Shown piece by piece: positions 13,881-30,661 of a stretch of DNA of 64,000 nucleotides. The number at the start of each line of letters is the position of its first letter. Position 1 is the stretch's first letter. The stretch comes from the human T2T-CHM13v2.0 reference genome, Homo sapiens. A program made the translations under genes and the position numbers. The notes beneath the pieces are model-generated. The model was given only the letters and a program-made list of their open reading frames with translations. It had not been told where the DNA came from and did not search any database. Location of the stretch: assembly GCF_009914755.1 (NCBI RefSeq), contig NC_060930.1; one strand, 5' to 3'.

Positions 13881-15494
13881 ATTTTCTTTCTCAGAATATA
13901 GCTTTTGTTATATTGATAAGAAATGTTTTCCTTATGCCGATGTCTGAATATATTAATAATGTTTAAATCCGTAACAGCATATTTGATTCCTTTTTTGACT
14001 TAAGTCTTATTTAGGAGGATGTCTTGATATTTTCAAATAGTTGGATTTGGGGAAGAAAGAACAGTTTTGGAGTGTTTTTTCCAATTTAAAATCTTTGATT
14101 GCATTTATAGCATTGTGGTCTTAAAAAATTTTCTATACCACTTCTGCTTTGGGAAGTGTATTACAATTTCTCTCTGAAAAATTTTCCTCTGAAATAGGCT
14201 GTCATGGGTTCTCTGGATGGGTCCTGGTTTCCGAATTTAATCTCTAGTTCTTCCTCACTAGCCTTAAGAGTGGCATAATTCTTAACAACAACAACTCATA
14301 ACCAACATCACATTAGCTTCACTATGATTTATTGAGGCCACTCTCAAAGAAAAGGTCCATTCTGGAAGGCAGTGAAGATAACAAAATTCACAGTACCACA
14401 GTCAGCAATGGTGTGGGCTCTTTTGCTTCTTGGAGCAGGACAAGTCAGCCCCTGGATTCCTTGCTGGCCGCCCCGGCTGACAAACCTAGAACAACAGCGG
14501 CACAGACATCCTCCCTGTGCGTGCCCGGCTGTTCCGTTTTGCTTCAAAGCCGGTGGGGGACGGAGGGGCGGTAAAATATTGGTAACTCGTGTGATAGAAC
14601 TGATGGTACTAGTCAGCCATCTCACCCACCTCCTAAAGGCGCCTGCCCAGCTGTAACTGCCGCTGAGTGACCTGGCCTTGGAGGGGGCACATTCCACAAC
14701 GCATGTTCTCAAATGGATGTTCTGGAAACATAGGACCTCTCCAAAAACGCCTGCTCAAAAACGTTGGAAACTAATGATAAAAACCGTCGTTTTATTTTAT
14801 TTTTATTTTGCACCCGCAGGATGGACATCTTTTTGAGGCATGCCCTATCTGGTATGCAGCTGGAGGGAAAGCGCATTGGCTCACAGGCTCAGGGCTTCTC
14901 TCTGACAGATCAGAGCTGGTGGCCCGATGTGCATAACCGATGTAAATAATCAGTGATTCTGCAGGTGCCAGGAAAGTAGGTCTCTCCAAGGAACGAAGTT
15001 TTTCTTCATGTCCATTAACCATCAGTACTAATTTTACTATTCGATCTTTCACATTCATGTTTCTGTTACTGCCTGCTTGATGTTTTGCTTGGCTCAACTC
15101 AAAGACTGAGTTGATGAGGATTTTATTTTAATTACTACAGTAATAAGCTCATTGTAAAAGTTAAATAAGAGATGATAGAAAATTTTAACATCTTTGCCCA
15201 GGCAGCCCCCTCCAGTTCTTTCCTCCTGAAGTATTAACTTAATGTTGTCTTTTAACAGATACATACAAACGAATATTGAGGTTTTTTTTTAAAAAAAGGA
15301 ATCATGCTATAGATATGAATTCCGTAATTTTCTCTGAAGGTGAATTTTTCTAATTTTTAAATGTGTATATTTCAAGCAATGCTACTTGGCATATAACAGT
15401 TTATGACTTTCAAAGTTTTATTATACCAGTAGAGAATAATCTATTTGGGTCCCATTTTATCTTTATCATCTTAAACCGATGTTTTCAAAAACTG

Positions 15495-15850
15495 TTTTGT
15501 TGTGATATAATTTACATATCATAAAACTCAACTGTGTTAAGTGTACAATTTAATAAATTTTACTATATTTACGGAGTTGTGCAACCATCAACAGAATCCA
15601 ATTTTAAAACATTTCCATCATCCTAAGAAGAAACTTCACACCATCACTCTCCATTCCATCGTCAGCCATAGACAATGAGTAATGCAGTTTCTGTCTCTTA
15701 TTATCTGCCTTTTTCCTTTGGACATTTCATATAAATGAGCTCATACAACATGTATGCTTGGCTTCTTTCACTGAGCACAATATTTTTGAAATATGTCCAC
15801 CTTGTAGCATTTATCAGTACTTCCTTTTTTCTTGCCAACCAGCATTCCTT
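15495..15850 (-). mobile_element. L1M 3' end fragment
   Basis: gatataatttacatatcataaa...gagttgtgcaaccatca...tggacatttcatataaatg. Confidence 0.65.
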
Positions 15851-16078
15851 AAATTAAGTTTCACCTGGCATATTTTACTCATTTTTACATTTTTACACAT
15901 AATACATCATGATGTTTTAGGTGCTTTATAAATGGCAAAAGATTAGAATTTGTATTTAACCACTTAACCACTGAAAGTGTGAATAAAATTTCACAGGAAT
16001 TCTGAGGAGAGTGAGATCAGGCAATGCTTCAGCCAAGGGGCATCATCTGATCGTCAAGGAAAGGCAGAGTTTGAATAA

Positions 16079-16471
<393 letters not shown>

Positions 16472-17393
16472 TGAGACACTGGGCCAAACATTGAGTCCGA
16501 GCCAGCAGATCTTTTATTTAGGAGGCAAATGAAGATTGAAAGAAGACCAAGCTGAAAGTGGATAACTAGTTGTGTGACCCAAGAAAGTTCTCCAGTCAGG
16601 GTCTCCATTTCTCACCTGTGAAATCCAGTGTTAAGTTCTCATCATCTCTAAGTTTCCTTCTGGTTCTAAAATTCTGTAGAGGTTGGAAGAAAATATGATA
16701 GTATTTTAAGTCATTAAAGAAATCTGTAGTCATAGTTTCATTTTTACAGCATATTGTTGGTCATATTCCTTGCTTTATTTAACATCAAGTTTTTGGGAAT
16801 GCAATAGCTAATTATAACACTAGAATTATAAAAAACAGGATTTATTTACAGCAATATTTTTGACAGGAGCTCTTAGAAGGCCTTGTATAATAAAACAGAA
16901 ATTTTATACATTAGTAATGTGTACAGTAGAAATTTGAAAGCTATACTAGGAGGAAGAAAACTGTTAGATATGTCTATAAAACAAGAATTAAAGACTCTAG
17001 GAAACTGTACTTATAAATAGCAGAAAAAATAAGAATATTTTTAAAATAAAATGATTCACTAAATGTAAAAATGCGAGCTATTACAGAAAGAAGAATGAAG
17101 GAAGGAAATGAAACTTCCATCAAAATTTATCTAATGGTTTGGTTATACTGAAAATAAGAAAGTTTTAAAGCGTGGTAATCATCTATAGTTTTGTCTGAAT
17201 AAGAATAAAATCAGAAAGACATGAAACTTTGAACTTGCACTGAAGAAGAACAGGTCTTCTTGCATGCATAATGATTGAATAGTCTTCCCTAACTGCAGTA
17301 GTCTATAAAACCATAAATCATTATTATTTAGTACAAATAAAAGTATTTTATGGTCTGATATTTCTAAGAGTGCAATTTAAATCTACATGTATC

Positions 17394-17533
17394 TTTTTTT
17401 TTTTTCATTTTTAATATGAGACAGTGGTCTCACCGTGCTGCCCAGGTGATCTCGAACTCCTAAACCCAAGGGATCCTCACACCTCAGCCTCCCAAGTAGC
17501 TGAGATTACAGACATGCATCACCATGCTTGGCC
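17394..17533 (-). mobile_element. FLAM / Alu monomer
   Basis: Single ~140-nt monomer with T-tract. Confidence 0.85.
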
Positions 17534-17638
17534 CTAATTCTACATTTAAATTTAAGTGCAGAGCATTCGTGGCTTAGCTAAAGTAGCAGTCATCCCCAAG
17601 ATTTGCTCCAGAGATTATATCTAGGTGTATAAAATATT

Positions 17639-17940
17639 GGCCAGGTGCAGTGGCTCACTCCTATAATCCCGACACTTTGGGAGGCCTATGCAGGAGGATC
17701 ACTTGAGACCAGGATGTGAAACCAGCCTGGAACACGTAGCCAGGTCCTGCCTCTACAAAAAAATTAAAAATAAAAAGTAGCCAGATATAGTGGCACGTGC
17801 TTGTAGTCCCGCTACTCAGGAGCTGAAGCAGGAGGATCGCTTGAGCCCGAGATCTCAAGGCTGCAGTGAGCTGTGATCACACCACTATACTCCAGCCTGG
17901 GTGACAGATCAAGACTCCATCTTTAAAAAAGAAACTAATA
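17639..17940 (+). mobile_element. Alu (J-type)
   Basis: Full dimer; TSD taaaatattg. Confidence 0.92.
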
Positions 17941-19593
17941 GATAAATAAATTAGTTAATTAAATCAATCTAAATTAAATTAAAATATTGCCAAGTCCACA
18001 TGTACATTAGTGGAAAAAACAACAATTACTTATGCATCAACATAATATAAAATATGATGTATTTTACATGTTCTCGCATTCTCTCCTGAAGCATGCCTGG
18101 GAAGTCTGTTGTTAAACATGTTGTCATTTCACATTAAAATGTAGGTTATTGATTTTTCTTGTTTCTTCCCACACTGTCATTGACCCATATCCTGTAAGAC
18201 AGCAAAAGAGCTTTGACATCAAAAGATGGGTAAGGATAATAGAAAATCACTAATGTTTGGAAATTCTGTGCTGAAAAAGTGGATTGACCAACATGTAATT
18301 GGTTAATGGATAAATTCCTGGACTGGATAAGCTAGCATTTTATTCTGACACAAGTAAAACATTACACAAAGGAGGTAGATTCATTTTTTAAAAGTCAGAC
18401 ATAGTTTTCCTATCCTAAAGCTTATTTGCGTCCGCTGCAGACAAGTACAGGTAATTGCCTCCAGGTGTTTTCCTGCAGGAAGTCATTGAAATTCAGTGCT
18501 GGTAATGGCAGTTTTCTGAGCAGCAAAAACTAACCTACAGGAACCTCAGAGGCACAGGTATATTTTAGAATAGCAATGTCAGCCTTCTGAAAGGCCATAG
18601 ATTCAGAATGGCCATTTTAACAGGATACAGATTAAATAAAACAAGAATGAAGCTATGTTTTTTAACAATAAAAAAATTAACATTAAGAAAAATGTTTTTC
18701 TTTTGCTTTTAAAAAATTTTAAACATTATTTGTTTTTCTTAAATTTTTGGTCATTGATGGTAACTGCCTAGCAATCATTTTTTCTCCCAGACAAAATAGG
18801 AATTACAAGAACAATTACATTTTTCTTAAAGTTCTGTTTTTATGAAAGCTCACATTCAAAAATAACTTATTATTAAACAATAACCCAGGTATTTTTTCCA
18901 CTGCAAATAGATACTCTGGGATATTTAATTAAAGATGGCAGATTAGCCATTAACATTTAGCTCAATGCTACAGTTCAAATAACAATAATTTTTTTTAAAG
19001 GCATAGCTTACAAAGATAAAATAAACAAGAATGGAGACAACAGCAACAGAAATTTGGAAGCTGGGAGAAGATCTGAGAAAGTTGGATTCTCAGCCAACTG
19101 CAGAGAGAGCTGAGAAGCAGACTGATTTTTTTTGTTTTGTTTTGTTTTTAATTTCAAATACAGATCCAACAATGGGCATCCTCAAATATCTCTGGAAGTT
19201 CTGTTGCAAGGAGAGTTGCTGAAGAAGCAGCTGGACCTTCTCATCTCCTCCCCACTTCATGCAACAGGTAACTAACCATCTTAGCAGAAGATCTAAGAGA
19301 TTAATTTCCTGCAGACAGACACACAGAGGGTTCGAACTAAAAAGAGGGGAGTTGAGCTTACACACTAAATGCAAAAACCCTTCATATTTCTTAACCTTTT
19401 CTAGGCTGGAATACCGTTTGCTAAGTACACACACTCTTGTGAGTGCATACACACGCATACACAGACACATATGCCCTAGGCAGACAACTAGAAGTCTTCT
19501 CCAGGGCATTTGACAAGCGCAATAGAAAAGATCTGAAAATACTGCCAATGAGGGCTCCACTAGGAAGAGCAAAGGCAGGCCATGATACAGTGA

Positions 19594-19929
<336 letters not shown>

Positions 19930-20491
19930 TCCGATAGGCTTTTAGTGCACCCCTGCCTGGTAGGAGTAGCCACACAAGGATTACTAGGATAGGATTCTAA
20001 TATGAGAGACACGGAAACAAACAATCAGGGAAAAAAGCAATGGGAGAAAACAGAAGCAGGAGGGGAGGATAACATTTGAAAATGATCCTTAATACATTCA
20101 GATAATATATTGCATGTAAAAAACAAGAAAAGCATGCTATTTTAGAAAAATAATGTTTTGAGGAATAAGAACTTTAAAATAATTAAAAATAGAATTGTGG
20201 AAGTAAAAAAATCAATAGAAGAGTTGGAAGATAAATTAGAGGAAATCTTCTAAAAGCAGAGCAAAAATAAAAAATAAGGGATAAAAGATAAGAAAAAAAT
20301 GCAGGACATGTCCAGCAGGTGCAACGTCTATATGATAGGAGTTCCACAAAGAAAGAACTCAAGAAATAGAGAATAGGAAATCATCAGTGAAACAATGCAA
20401 AACTATTTCGCCCAAATGAAAGAACATGAGTTTTTAGATCAAAATAAACCACACAGATCCAGCACTAGAAATAATTTAAAAACCAACATCA

Positions 20492-20807
<316 letters not shown>

Positions 20808-21317
20808 TTATAAGAAGAATCAAGATTCAGAGTGGCTTGACATCTCATAGTAGAAATGCTGGAAGCTAGAAGAGAATGAATTTAATGCCTTCGAAATTAT
20901 GTGGAAAAATTCATTTTATTCTAGAATTCTCTATCCAGCCAATCTAGAAATTAGGCAGGAAGGTAGAATAAAGACATTCTCAGATTTCCAAGACCTCAAA
21001 ATTTTTTGTTTGCTGTGGATCTTTCTTAGGAAGCCCCGGAGTATGGGACCACCCAAAATGCAGGAATAAACTCAGAAAGAAGGAAGGCATGGGATCCGGG
21101 AAATCGTGACCCACTTGAGGAATGGGAGAAGTCAACCCCAAGGATGATGGTGAAAGGGATCCCATAAAACTGCTGAGTCAGGCCTAGGGTATGACTCAGA
21201 ATACAGGTCAGAAAGCTCTGGGTGAGACTTATTGGATAGGACCCAATTAATACTATATTAGGTTATTTTGAATGTGTTGAGATGACATTTACCCATCTTA
21301 GGTTGAATTACTAAGTA

Positions 21318-22475
<1,158 letters not shown>

Positions 22476-24871
22476 TACACAGAAAGCCAAGCAAATACAC
22501 AAACTAAGCAATGATGTTCTTTATGGAAGCACAAAAAGGGAAAAATAATCGCAGTGTATCGTATGGCTTCGTTGTGAATAGTGTTCTTAGTCTCAGTGAT
22601 AATGTACCTCTAAACACCGACTGTTGACCCAACCAAAACTCTAATCTATGTGGGGCACAGAGGGGACAGCAATGTAACTGTGTGTGCTCAGGGACAGAGG
22701 GCGCAGCACAAAAAGAGAGCTAAAGCTCCACATTTCAGAGTGAGAAGGCAATAGATAGTCTAAAATTGAAAAGTCAAAAGTTACATTTTATTTAGAGATG
22801 CAAATGTAAGTATTAAACAATTGGTAAAAGAGTTGAAAATATTTTTGTCTAGGGAGTGGGAAACAGTGACAGCAGAGATGGCAAGAAACAGCTTTTTTTC
22901 TTAGCATGCCATAAAACAATCTGACTCTTTAAACTCTGATGAAATATTATACATTGATGTAAATGAAAAACAAAAGAAAGCATTGAGATGAAAAGATACA
23001 CTCCTAAAATCTTTGGATGAGTCATTTTAGGTGATACGGCCAAGGTGATAACTTATCTGATGATGATTATACCTTTCTATTTGTTAATTCATTCATAGGG
23101 TTGTGTGAATAAACATTTATTGAATGATTATCACATGCAAAGTTCCATGAGAAAGGTAAATATGAAAGGAATACACCATGATTTTCTTCCTTATGTTGCT
23201 TGCAAGTGAATATGACATATATTTAAAATATGTTTGATGTGTTTATATGAATAAATAAAAAAGAACTAGGGCAGACAGAAAGGACAGTACATACATATGA
23301 CAGTATAAAAGAAAAAAGATCTAGAAGTCTGCTTGTTGAATATGGAAATTTGAATTGAGGCTTGAAGGAGGAGGTAGACCAGATAGCTGGGACCAACATG
23401 AGAAAAACTATGAAAATAGGAAGTGTCTCAGCATGACTGGATGGTTGCAATTCTTTAATTATAATGAAGAACAAAGAATAAGAATGTTAACTCCAAGAGA
23501 GCAGGCATCTTGTGTGCCTTGTTCACCATTCCCAATACTAGAACATTGCCTGGCATATAACGATACTCAGTAAACATTTGCCCCATAAATGGATGGGTAA
23601 GATTGTAAAGATAGTTAGAGGTTGATAACAGAGGGCTTTGAATTCCATGTTAAATTTAGAATTTAGACTGTAAGTAAATAGGAAAATATTTGAGGAGAAG
23701 ATCATGATGGCTCTAATTTTGACAGCTGAGTTTAGGACAGGTTGGAAGCATGCGAGGTGTCGGGTCAGTTAGGAAGAAATGAAAAATAAAGGCCTGAGTT
23801 TTATCCATTAACCACTAAATTAGAAAGGAAGAAACAGACCACTTACTGCAGAAGCAAGCCATGATTTTATGGAAATGTAGTAAATTTGAAGTCAGAAAAA
23901 ATTGAGTTAAATCCTGTCTTTGTCATGTAATGGGTGTGGAGATCTGGACAAGTCCTAGGACATCTCCTAGGAACATCAATTTCCTCAGTAAAATCAGGAA
24001 TAGTTTTTGCAAATACTTCACCTGTTGTCTAAAGGGTATCGGGTAGCTCTCAAGGATATGTCAATATGTTAAGGCAGGATAAATTGACATGAGGATAAAA
24101 GAAGAGAGAAGTGCAAGAGAGACATAACACATAGCCAGGAGTGGAGCTAAAAATCCACCATAACACACAAAGTCATGTGAAAGCATTTTGGAAAATGAAG
24201 AGTTAGACAAACGTTCGATGTGGTTGACCTATGACATTTCCGATGTAGTGGAAGCTTGAAAGACATTACTACTGCGTCAGAGGAAAGGGCATTACGTTGA
24301 TGCAGAGAGAATGGGGGCTATTACAGATTAAACTTTTAAGAAGTTTGGAGGTCAAGAGACAACTGAAAAGGCAACTAAAATCTAAAAAGGTGAAGTTCGT
24401 GATTACCTTTTATATCCTCAAAGTATTTGATGAAAATATTCACCAATCTTTGAAGTAGAACCAACCAAACCACAATTCTTTAACCTAGAGTGGACTTTAG
24501 TGAGCTAGTCTAACGCAGACACTTTGCAGGTAGGAAGTAAAACCCAATGAGGTGTCAATGTTAGCAGTAGAAGGTACCACTTATCTATATTTCTCAACAG
24601 GAACAAAACAAACAAACACATTTTAAAAACCCTAGATACAATAATCAATAGACTATGGATCTCATTTGCCTGGAAGGACGGTTCATGGATAACATGTAGA
24701 GTTGATTATTAATTAATGAATAAGGGAGACTTAAGGGAAGGAAAGGCTGTATGTATAAGATAGAATTGTGTGTTCTAAACAGTTTAGATCAGAAAATGGA
24801 AACCTAGAAAAAGTGAAACGATAGCACTTAAAGGGACAGGCATAATTGATTAACTAATTGGGAGTATGACA

Positions 24872-25170
24872 ATTTTATTTTATTTTTTATTTTTTTGAGA
24901 CAGGGTCTCACTCTGTCACCCAGGCTGGAGTGCAGTGGCGTGATCACAGCTCACTGCAGCCTTGACCTCCCTGGGCTCAGGTGATTTTTTTCACCTCAGC
25001 CTCCCGGGTAGCTGGGACTACAGATACCTCTGGCTAATTTTTGTATTTTTTGTAGAGATGAGGTTTCACCATGTTGCCCAGGCTGGTCTCCAACTCCTGG
25101 GCTCAAGCAATCCACTCACCTTGGCTTCCCAAAGTGCCGGGATTACATGCCCAAGCCACCACGCCCAGTC
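24872..25170 (-). mobile_element. Alu (J-type)
   Basis: Dimer with a small internal deletion. Confidence 0.92.
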
Positions 25171-27710
25171 TGCGAATTTTACATGAGTCTTGTGGATCAC
25201 TTCATGAAGTGCCCCTAGAAAAGGTACAATTCACCTAGATCTTTGAGAGAATGGCTTAGAGCATTTGGATGAGCAAAGAGGAGGAAAGCAAGCATTCTGT
25301 GCAACGATGTTGACTGAAACAGAAGTATGTAGAAAGGAAGCACCAAACTTACTGCAAGAACAGTGAGTGGACCCATTTAGCTGGAGTGAAGGCTTTGTTT
25401 AGGGAAGTAAGTAAACATAATGTTTTGAGGTGATCGCTTCCACCATATCGAGGTTTAAAGACCAGCTAGGGAATGTGTATCTTGTAGTTAGAGGGAAGCG
25501 ACTCGGTTTCTTCAGTGAGGGAGTTACATGATGACAGCATTCCTTTTAGGAGATAATTAGGGTGGTGTGCCTGATTCAGAGAAGCTAGGAATGTTTGGAC
25601 TCTAGCCCTATCTTTTCCAAGTTGATGTCATGGTAGACAACTGCATTCTCTCCCCAGACACTCTTAGATGTTAATATTGGCAACACTGGAAGAATCTGTT
25701 GAGCAGTTTTTATGAAATGTAATACGAGATGTACTTGCTTTTCACCTTCAGCAATTTTTTCAAAGAAGAGTGAGGAAAAGTTTGAAAATATGTCACATTG
25801 GACCTCTACATTTTATGGTCATAATAATAAAATCCCACATTTTCTAAATGAAATAAAGCAATGAGTTAGAGTTGAGAAAATAGGAAGGCCTTGGTTAAGG
25901 CAAAAACAGAGGGATTATAAAAATGTTTTGGGGAAATGATGTCAGAATTGTAGGTTATGGATGGTTGTAAAGAGATAATTCTGATTTTAATCAGTTAGAT
26001 CATCTATATTCAAGAAGCCAGGTAGTCAGGGCAATATAAACTAGAGGAAAAAGAGAGTGTGTAGTAGTTTTCATCCAGTGAAATCAAAGCCATTGGAACT
26101 ATTAATATTAATAGAAGTAATTGTAAGTGAATTTAGAAGGGTAGATATCCAAGTCACCATCTTCATGGCATCTAGAAAAATCTTGTCCTGGGTTTAACAT
26201 AAGTCATTCTCTTCAAATTAAAAAGCAAAGAAGAAAAAAGAAAATAGAGTAGAATGGCGAGTAGTTATGAGTATGTAAATAAATGCTTGCTTAAAAAGAA
26301 ATCCAATTACTAATCAGTAAAAAACAAAAGGAGGATATAATGAAGAGACATAGAAGAATAAGATAAAGGAGACATTACACATAGTAGAAAGATATAAAGG
26401 AAAGGAGCTATTTAGATACTCACAGAAGCAGATTCTTCCAGATTACTTAAAAAGCACTCATTGCTCTTTTGCAAAGTATCCCTAAGGAGTAGGTTATTAT
26501 CACCCCATTTTACAGATGGGGACACTGTCAAATGTCATTTGGTACTTCAGCACATTAAACTTAGGTTGCTAATTAGCAATGTATTTGAGATGGAATTTGG
26601 CAGTGGTAAGAAACATTAATATTTCTTTGTTTTCAGGACCTTCAGTGTAACTTAGAAGAACCATTTCTTTGACTTATATGCTATAGAACTGGTCAATATT
26701 GCATGATGACTTCTCAAAATTACCATTGATTTAGGTTTCCAGGAAAAATCAAGCATGCTTCAAGGAGATTTTAGTAGCAAGAAATCCGTATTATTTGACA
26801 CCTGCTATTATTTCCTCAGCATCCCAGAATTTCTCATTTAAGTACTGCCCAATATTATTCTGGCTTTCTTTGCATTTGTGAATACAGAAACAAAATGTTT
26901 TGTTGTAATTTATTGCAGAATGGCAGTTTGGCCTTTGGGGAATATGAATCATGGGTCACTGTCATAAAACAACTTATGTTTGGAAACTTTTTTGAATAAT
27001 AGTTGGTTTGGGACAAGTCTTTTTTTCCCCCTTACTAAGAAATTAGGAGCTTTCTTAATAAGAAATAACATTAGAGTTTTCAATTTTAAATTGTGTGAAT
27101 TTGTTTTAATTGTATGAAAATGGATACAAGATAATCAGTTGCTCAGACTAGATACCAAAAGGAATGGTTATTAAGACAGTAGAAAAATATTTTTGAAGAA
27201 CATTCATAGGATAGCCATCCTGCTCCCCCAAATCAAACCTGAGGCAATAGAAAACTATGCTTTTAGAATAATAAAAATAGCAGAAAACTCCTGTGAGAGA
27301 ATGTCTGATTTACCTTTCTGGAAATCACTATTTTGTTCCAGATGGGTGGACTATGGAACTTTCTGAGAGAACATGGTTACAAAACTGTTGTGTGATCAAA
27401 GCTCTGGAGGGAGGGACTGTTTTGACTCTCTTGTTACTATGTGAGGGATGGAATTTTGCAACCAGAAGGTTCCACAACAGTTGGAAACGACAGTTGTGTG
27501 AGTAGCAAGCCGAAGACAAATGTGTGTGTCCTGTTACTCCTGCTCTGAGAACTACACACTGCCGCCGTGCCAAGATTTCCTGCTTGCATCAATATTTTTT
27601 ATAATTACCAAACCTCATGTGCATAACCCATTAGTAGCAAAAAAAAATCTTACAAGTAACATCTACACTGTCTTTAGGTTAGACAGCCATCTGGCTAGCT
27701 GATATGCACT

Positions 27711-27749
27711 ACACACACACACACACACACACACATATGCACACACACA
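27711..27749. repeat. (CA)n microsatellite
   Basis: Direct inspection. Confidence 0.9.
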
Positions 27750-27884
27750 GATACCCTTATTTAGATGCCTTATTATAATGCTAGTTCCATTTTCAATCAT
27801 CTACCATAAATCAAGCTCTACCTCCTTTTGCAGAAATTAAAACAGCTGAAATTTAAAAAGCGCTTAGAACATGTTAAAGCTCAC

Positions 27885-28104
27885 CATAGGCTATTGTCAT
27901 CCTGTTATTAGCGGCTTACTCTTATCTTCCGTTCTCTGGCTCATCTCTCTCACTTGTGAAATCATGTCCCTTTCATTTTCCTTAGCTTCCAGAAAGTCCA
28001 TTTTATCAATTGCCCTTTCTCCAACTTTTCCCAAGTTGGACTTTGACTCTAGACTCGTGGGTTCCTTTGTATTGATGTCCACAGACATTTTGGTACAATA
28101 GGAA
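27885..28104 (-). pseudogene. Candidate relic first coding exon of an unidentified gene
   Basis: Acceptor ctccttttcatggcag|, AAAATGT start at 28088, 63-aa charged ORF, donor ATG|GTGAGC; two stops in the last 5 codons. Product not recognised. Confidence 0.4.
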
Positions 28105-28632
28105 CTGCCATGAAAAGGAGATGCCAATACATTCAAAACTGTAAATTTAATCGTGTGCTTTCAAAAACAAAATAGTACGGAATGGTATAGCAGAAAGTTT
28201 AGGGAAGGGAAAAATGAGTGGTTTAAGTGTTGTTTACCAGAAACAATTCATCTGCAAAATTTGATCCCATGAACAGGCATCTGGAGAAAGCTTCTTATGT
28301 TGGCAACATACTTACAGAGTCAGAAGCTGGTGAGTTTGAGATCTGGTAAGGTTTGGGGAAACAGATGTTAATGTAGGAGGTAGATATTGGGAATTGAGAT
28401 GTGTTTGCAAAAAAAGAGGTACTTGTAAAGCTAGTGGTGGTGAAGTTGTGGTGTTGGCAGTTTATTAACAAGAAGGAAAGGTTACTTGTAATCAATGATT
28501 TAGATGGGAAATTTGAAATGCTTTAGGATTGTGTGGAATACTGTCCTGTAGTCTGGTCCATGTGCCCAGTATACCCAACTGCTGATGCTGAAATCCCATA
28601 AATATAGACATATAAATACAGCCCTTATTAAA

Positions 28633-28721
28633 ATATATGTACATATATAAATATATAATACAGGTGTCTGCATATATGTGTGTGTATGTGTATATATATA
28701 TATATACACAAAGTAGTTTCA

Positions 28722-28753
<32 letters not shown>
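28633..28753. repeat. (TA)n-rich compound microsatellite
   Basis: Includes an uninterrupted (TA)n at ~28723-28753. Confidence 0.9.
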
Positions 28754-28759
<6 letters not shown>

Positions 28760-28779
28760 GTTTCAAGCTTCATTTATAA

Positions 28780-29390
<611 letters not shown>

Positions 29391-29789
29391 ACAGAGATGT
29401 GTGCATGTATTTTTTCATATGTACATATATAATTTTTTTAAAACCCGAAATCGGGTTATAGTAGACAGGCCATCAGGGTGGGAATTAAATCGCAAAGAAG
29501 AGAAAGGGAGCTTAAAGAAAAACACTGTTTGTTTCATAACTGTGTTTAGATCACACCTGCTTTTCCAGATCCCAGCCTGCCATGAATGAGAATATAAAAG
29601 AAATCTGAGGCTTACTGGGCGGTGGGGTAGCCTAGGGATTTAGGATGTGGTCTTCTCTGCAGACAGTGAGGGTCCCTGTGAGGCCAGGTCTAGTTGTACC
29701 TTTGGCTTGGTACTTAACCTAAGCCTGAGCTCCTTAATCACTAAAACATGGGTAACTGTGTCTGTAGCAGCAGGCTATTATTATTATTT

Positions 29790-30070
29790 TTTAAAATAAA
29801 CTTTATTTTGGAATAATTCTAGCTTTACAGAAAATTTATAAAGATTGTAGTAGAGAGCTCTGTACATATGCCCTTACTGTTTACTTCATTGTTAACATCT
29901 TACATTACCAGGATACATTTATCAAAAATAAGAAATTGACATTTTGACATTACTGTTAACTACACTGCAGACTTTATCTGGATGTCAACAGTTTTGCCAT
30001 TAATGTCTTCTCTCTATTCCAGGATCCCATCAAGGATCATGTTAGATTTGGTTGTCAGGTCCTTTCTGGA
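29790..30070 (-). mobile_element. L1MC-type 3' end
   Basis: aaactttattttggaataattctagctttacagaaa...gttaacatcttacattacc...ttccaggatcccatc. Confidence 0.6.
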
Positions 30071-30189
30071 TAAGTCTCCAGAGACTTATTTCAAGGTTTA
30101 AAACATAACACACGTAAAGCACACTTAGTCTAGTGCGAAACATGTAATAAAGCATTGGTCAACACTGAGAGATCGTTGTAACTATGTGA

Positions 30190-30390
30190 CAGGCACTGTC
30201 TTCAGCACTTTCAAAACACCAATTCATCTAATATTCACAGCTATTCTGTGAAGACTCCAATTACATTTACTTTACAGATCAGAAAATGGAGGCACAGGAA
30301 GGTCAAAAAAATGGCCCCAAATTATGCAGCTGGCAGATCTGGGCTTCAACCCAGGCTTGCTGGCTCTTAAGCCCATGCTTTTAGTCACAA
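30190..30390 (-). mobile_element. MIR
   Basis: tttacagatcagaaaatggaggcacag...ggcttcaacccagg. Confidence 0.6.
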
Positions 30391-30661
30391 TGTTGCCTCT
30401 TTGTATGTGCATCATATGTACTCTTTATTAGTAGGAGACTCTGGAACTGGTGAATTCTCTCTAGGGCAGAAGAATATTACTAAGTAGTTCTCTGTTAGTC
30501 ACTGAAAATATGCCTGATTCTTAACCCTCTTTAAATAAAAAGTTATAGCAACTCAAAAAGAAAAGGTAAGGAATGTGGATTGAATAAGCCAGAAGTACAT
30601 GTTTCATAGCTTTTCTTATAAATCACTTTTTTGAACGCTTACTCTGCCATATTTTTTCTTA

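Noticed and set aside
14332-15097. Cluster of 61-122 aa ORFs
   Set aside because: Overlapping on both strands, mostly non-ATG starts and no recognisable domain; explained by locally higher GC.
19090-19572. 160-aa minus-strand ORF
   Set aside because: TTG start, lies antisense in L1-like sequence, includes (CA)-derived low complexity and has no exon borders.
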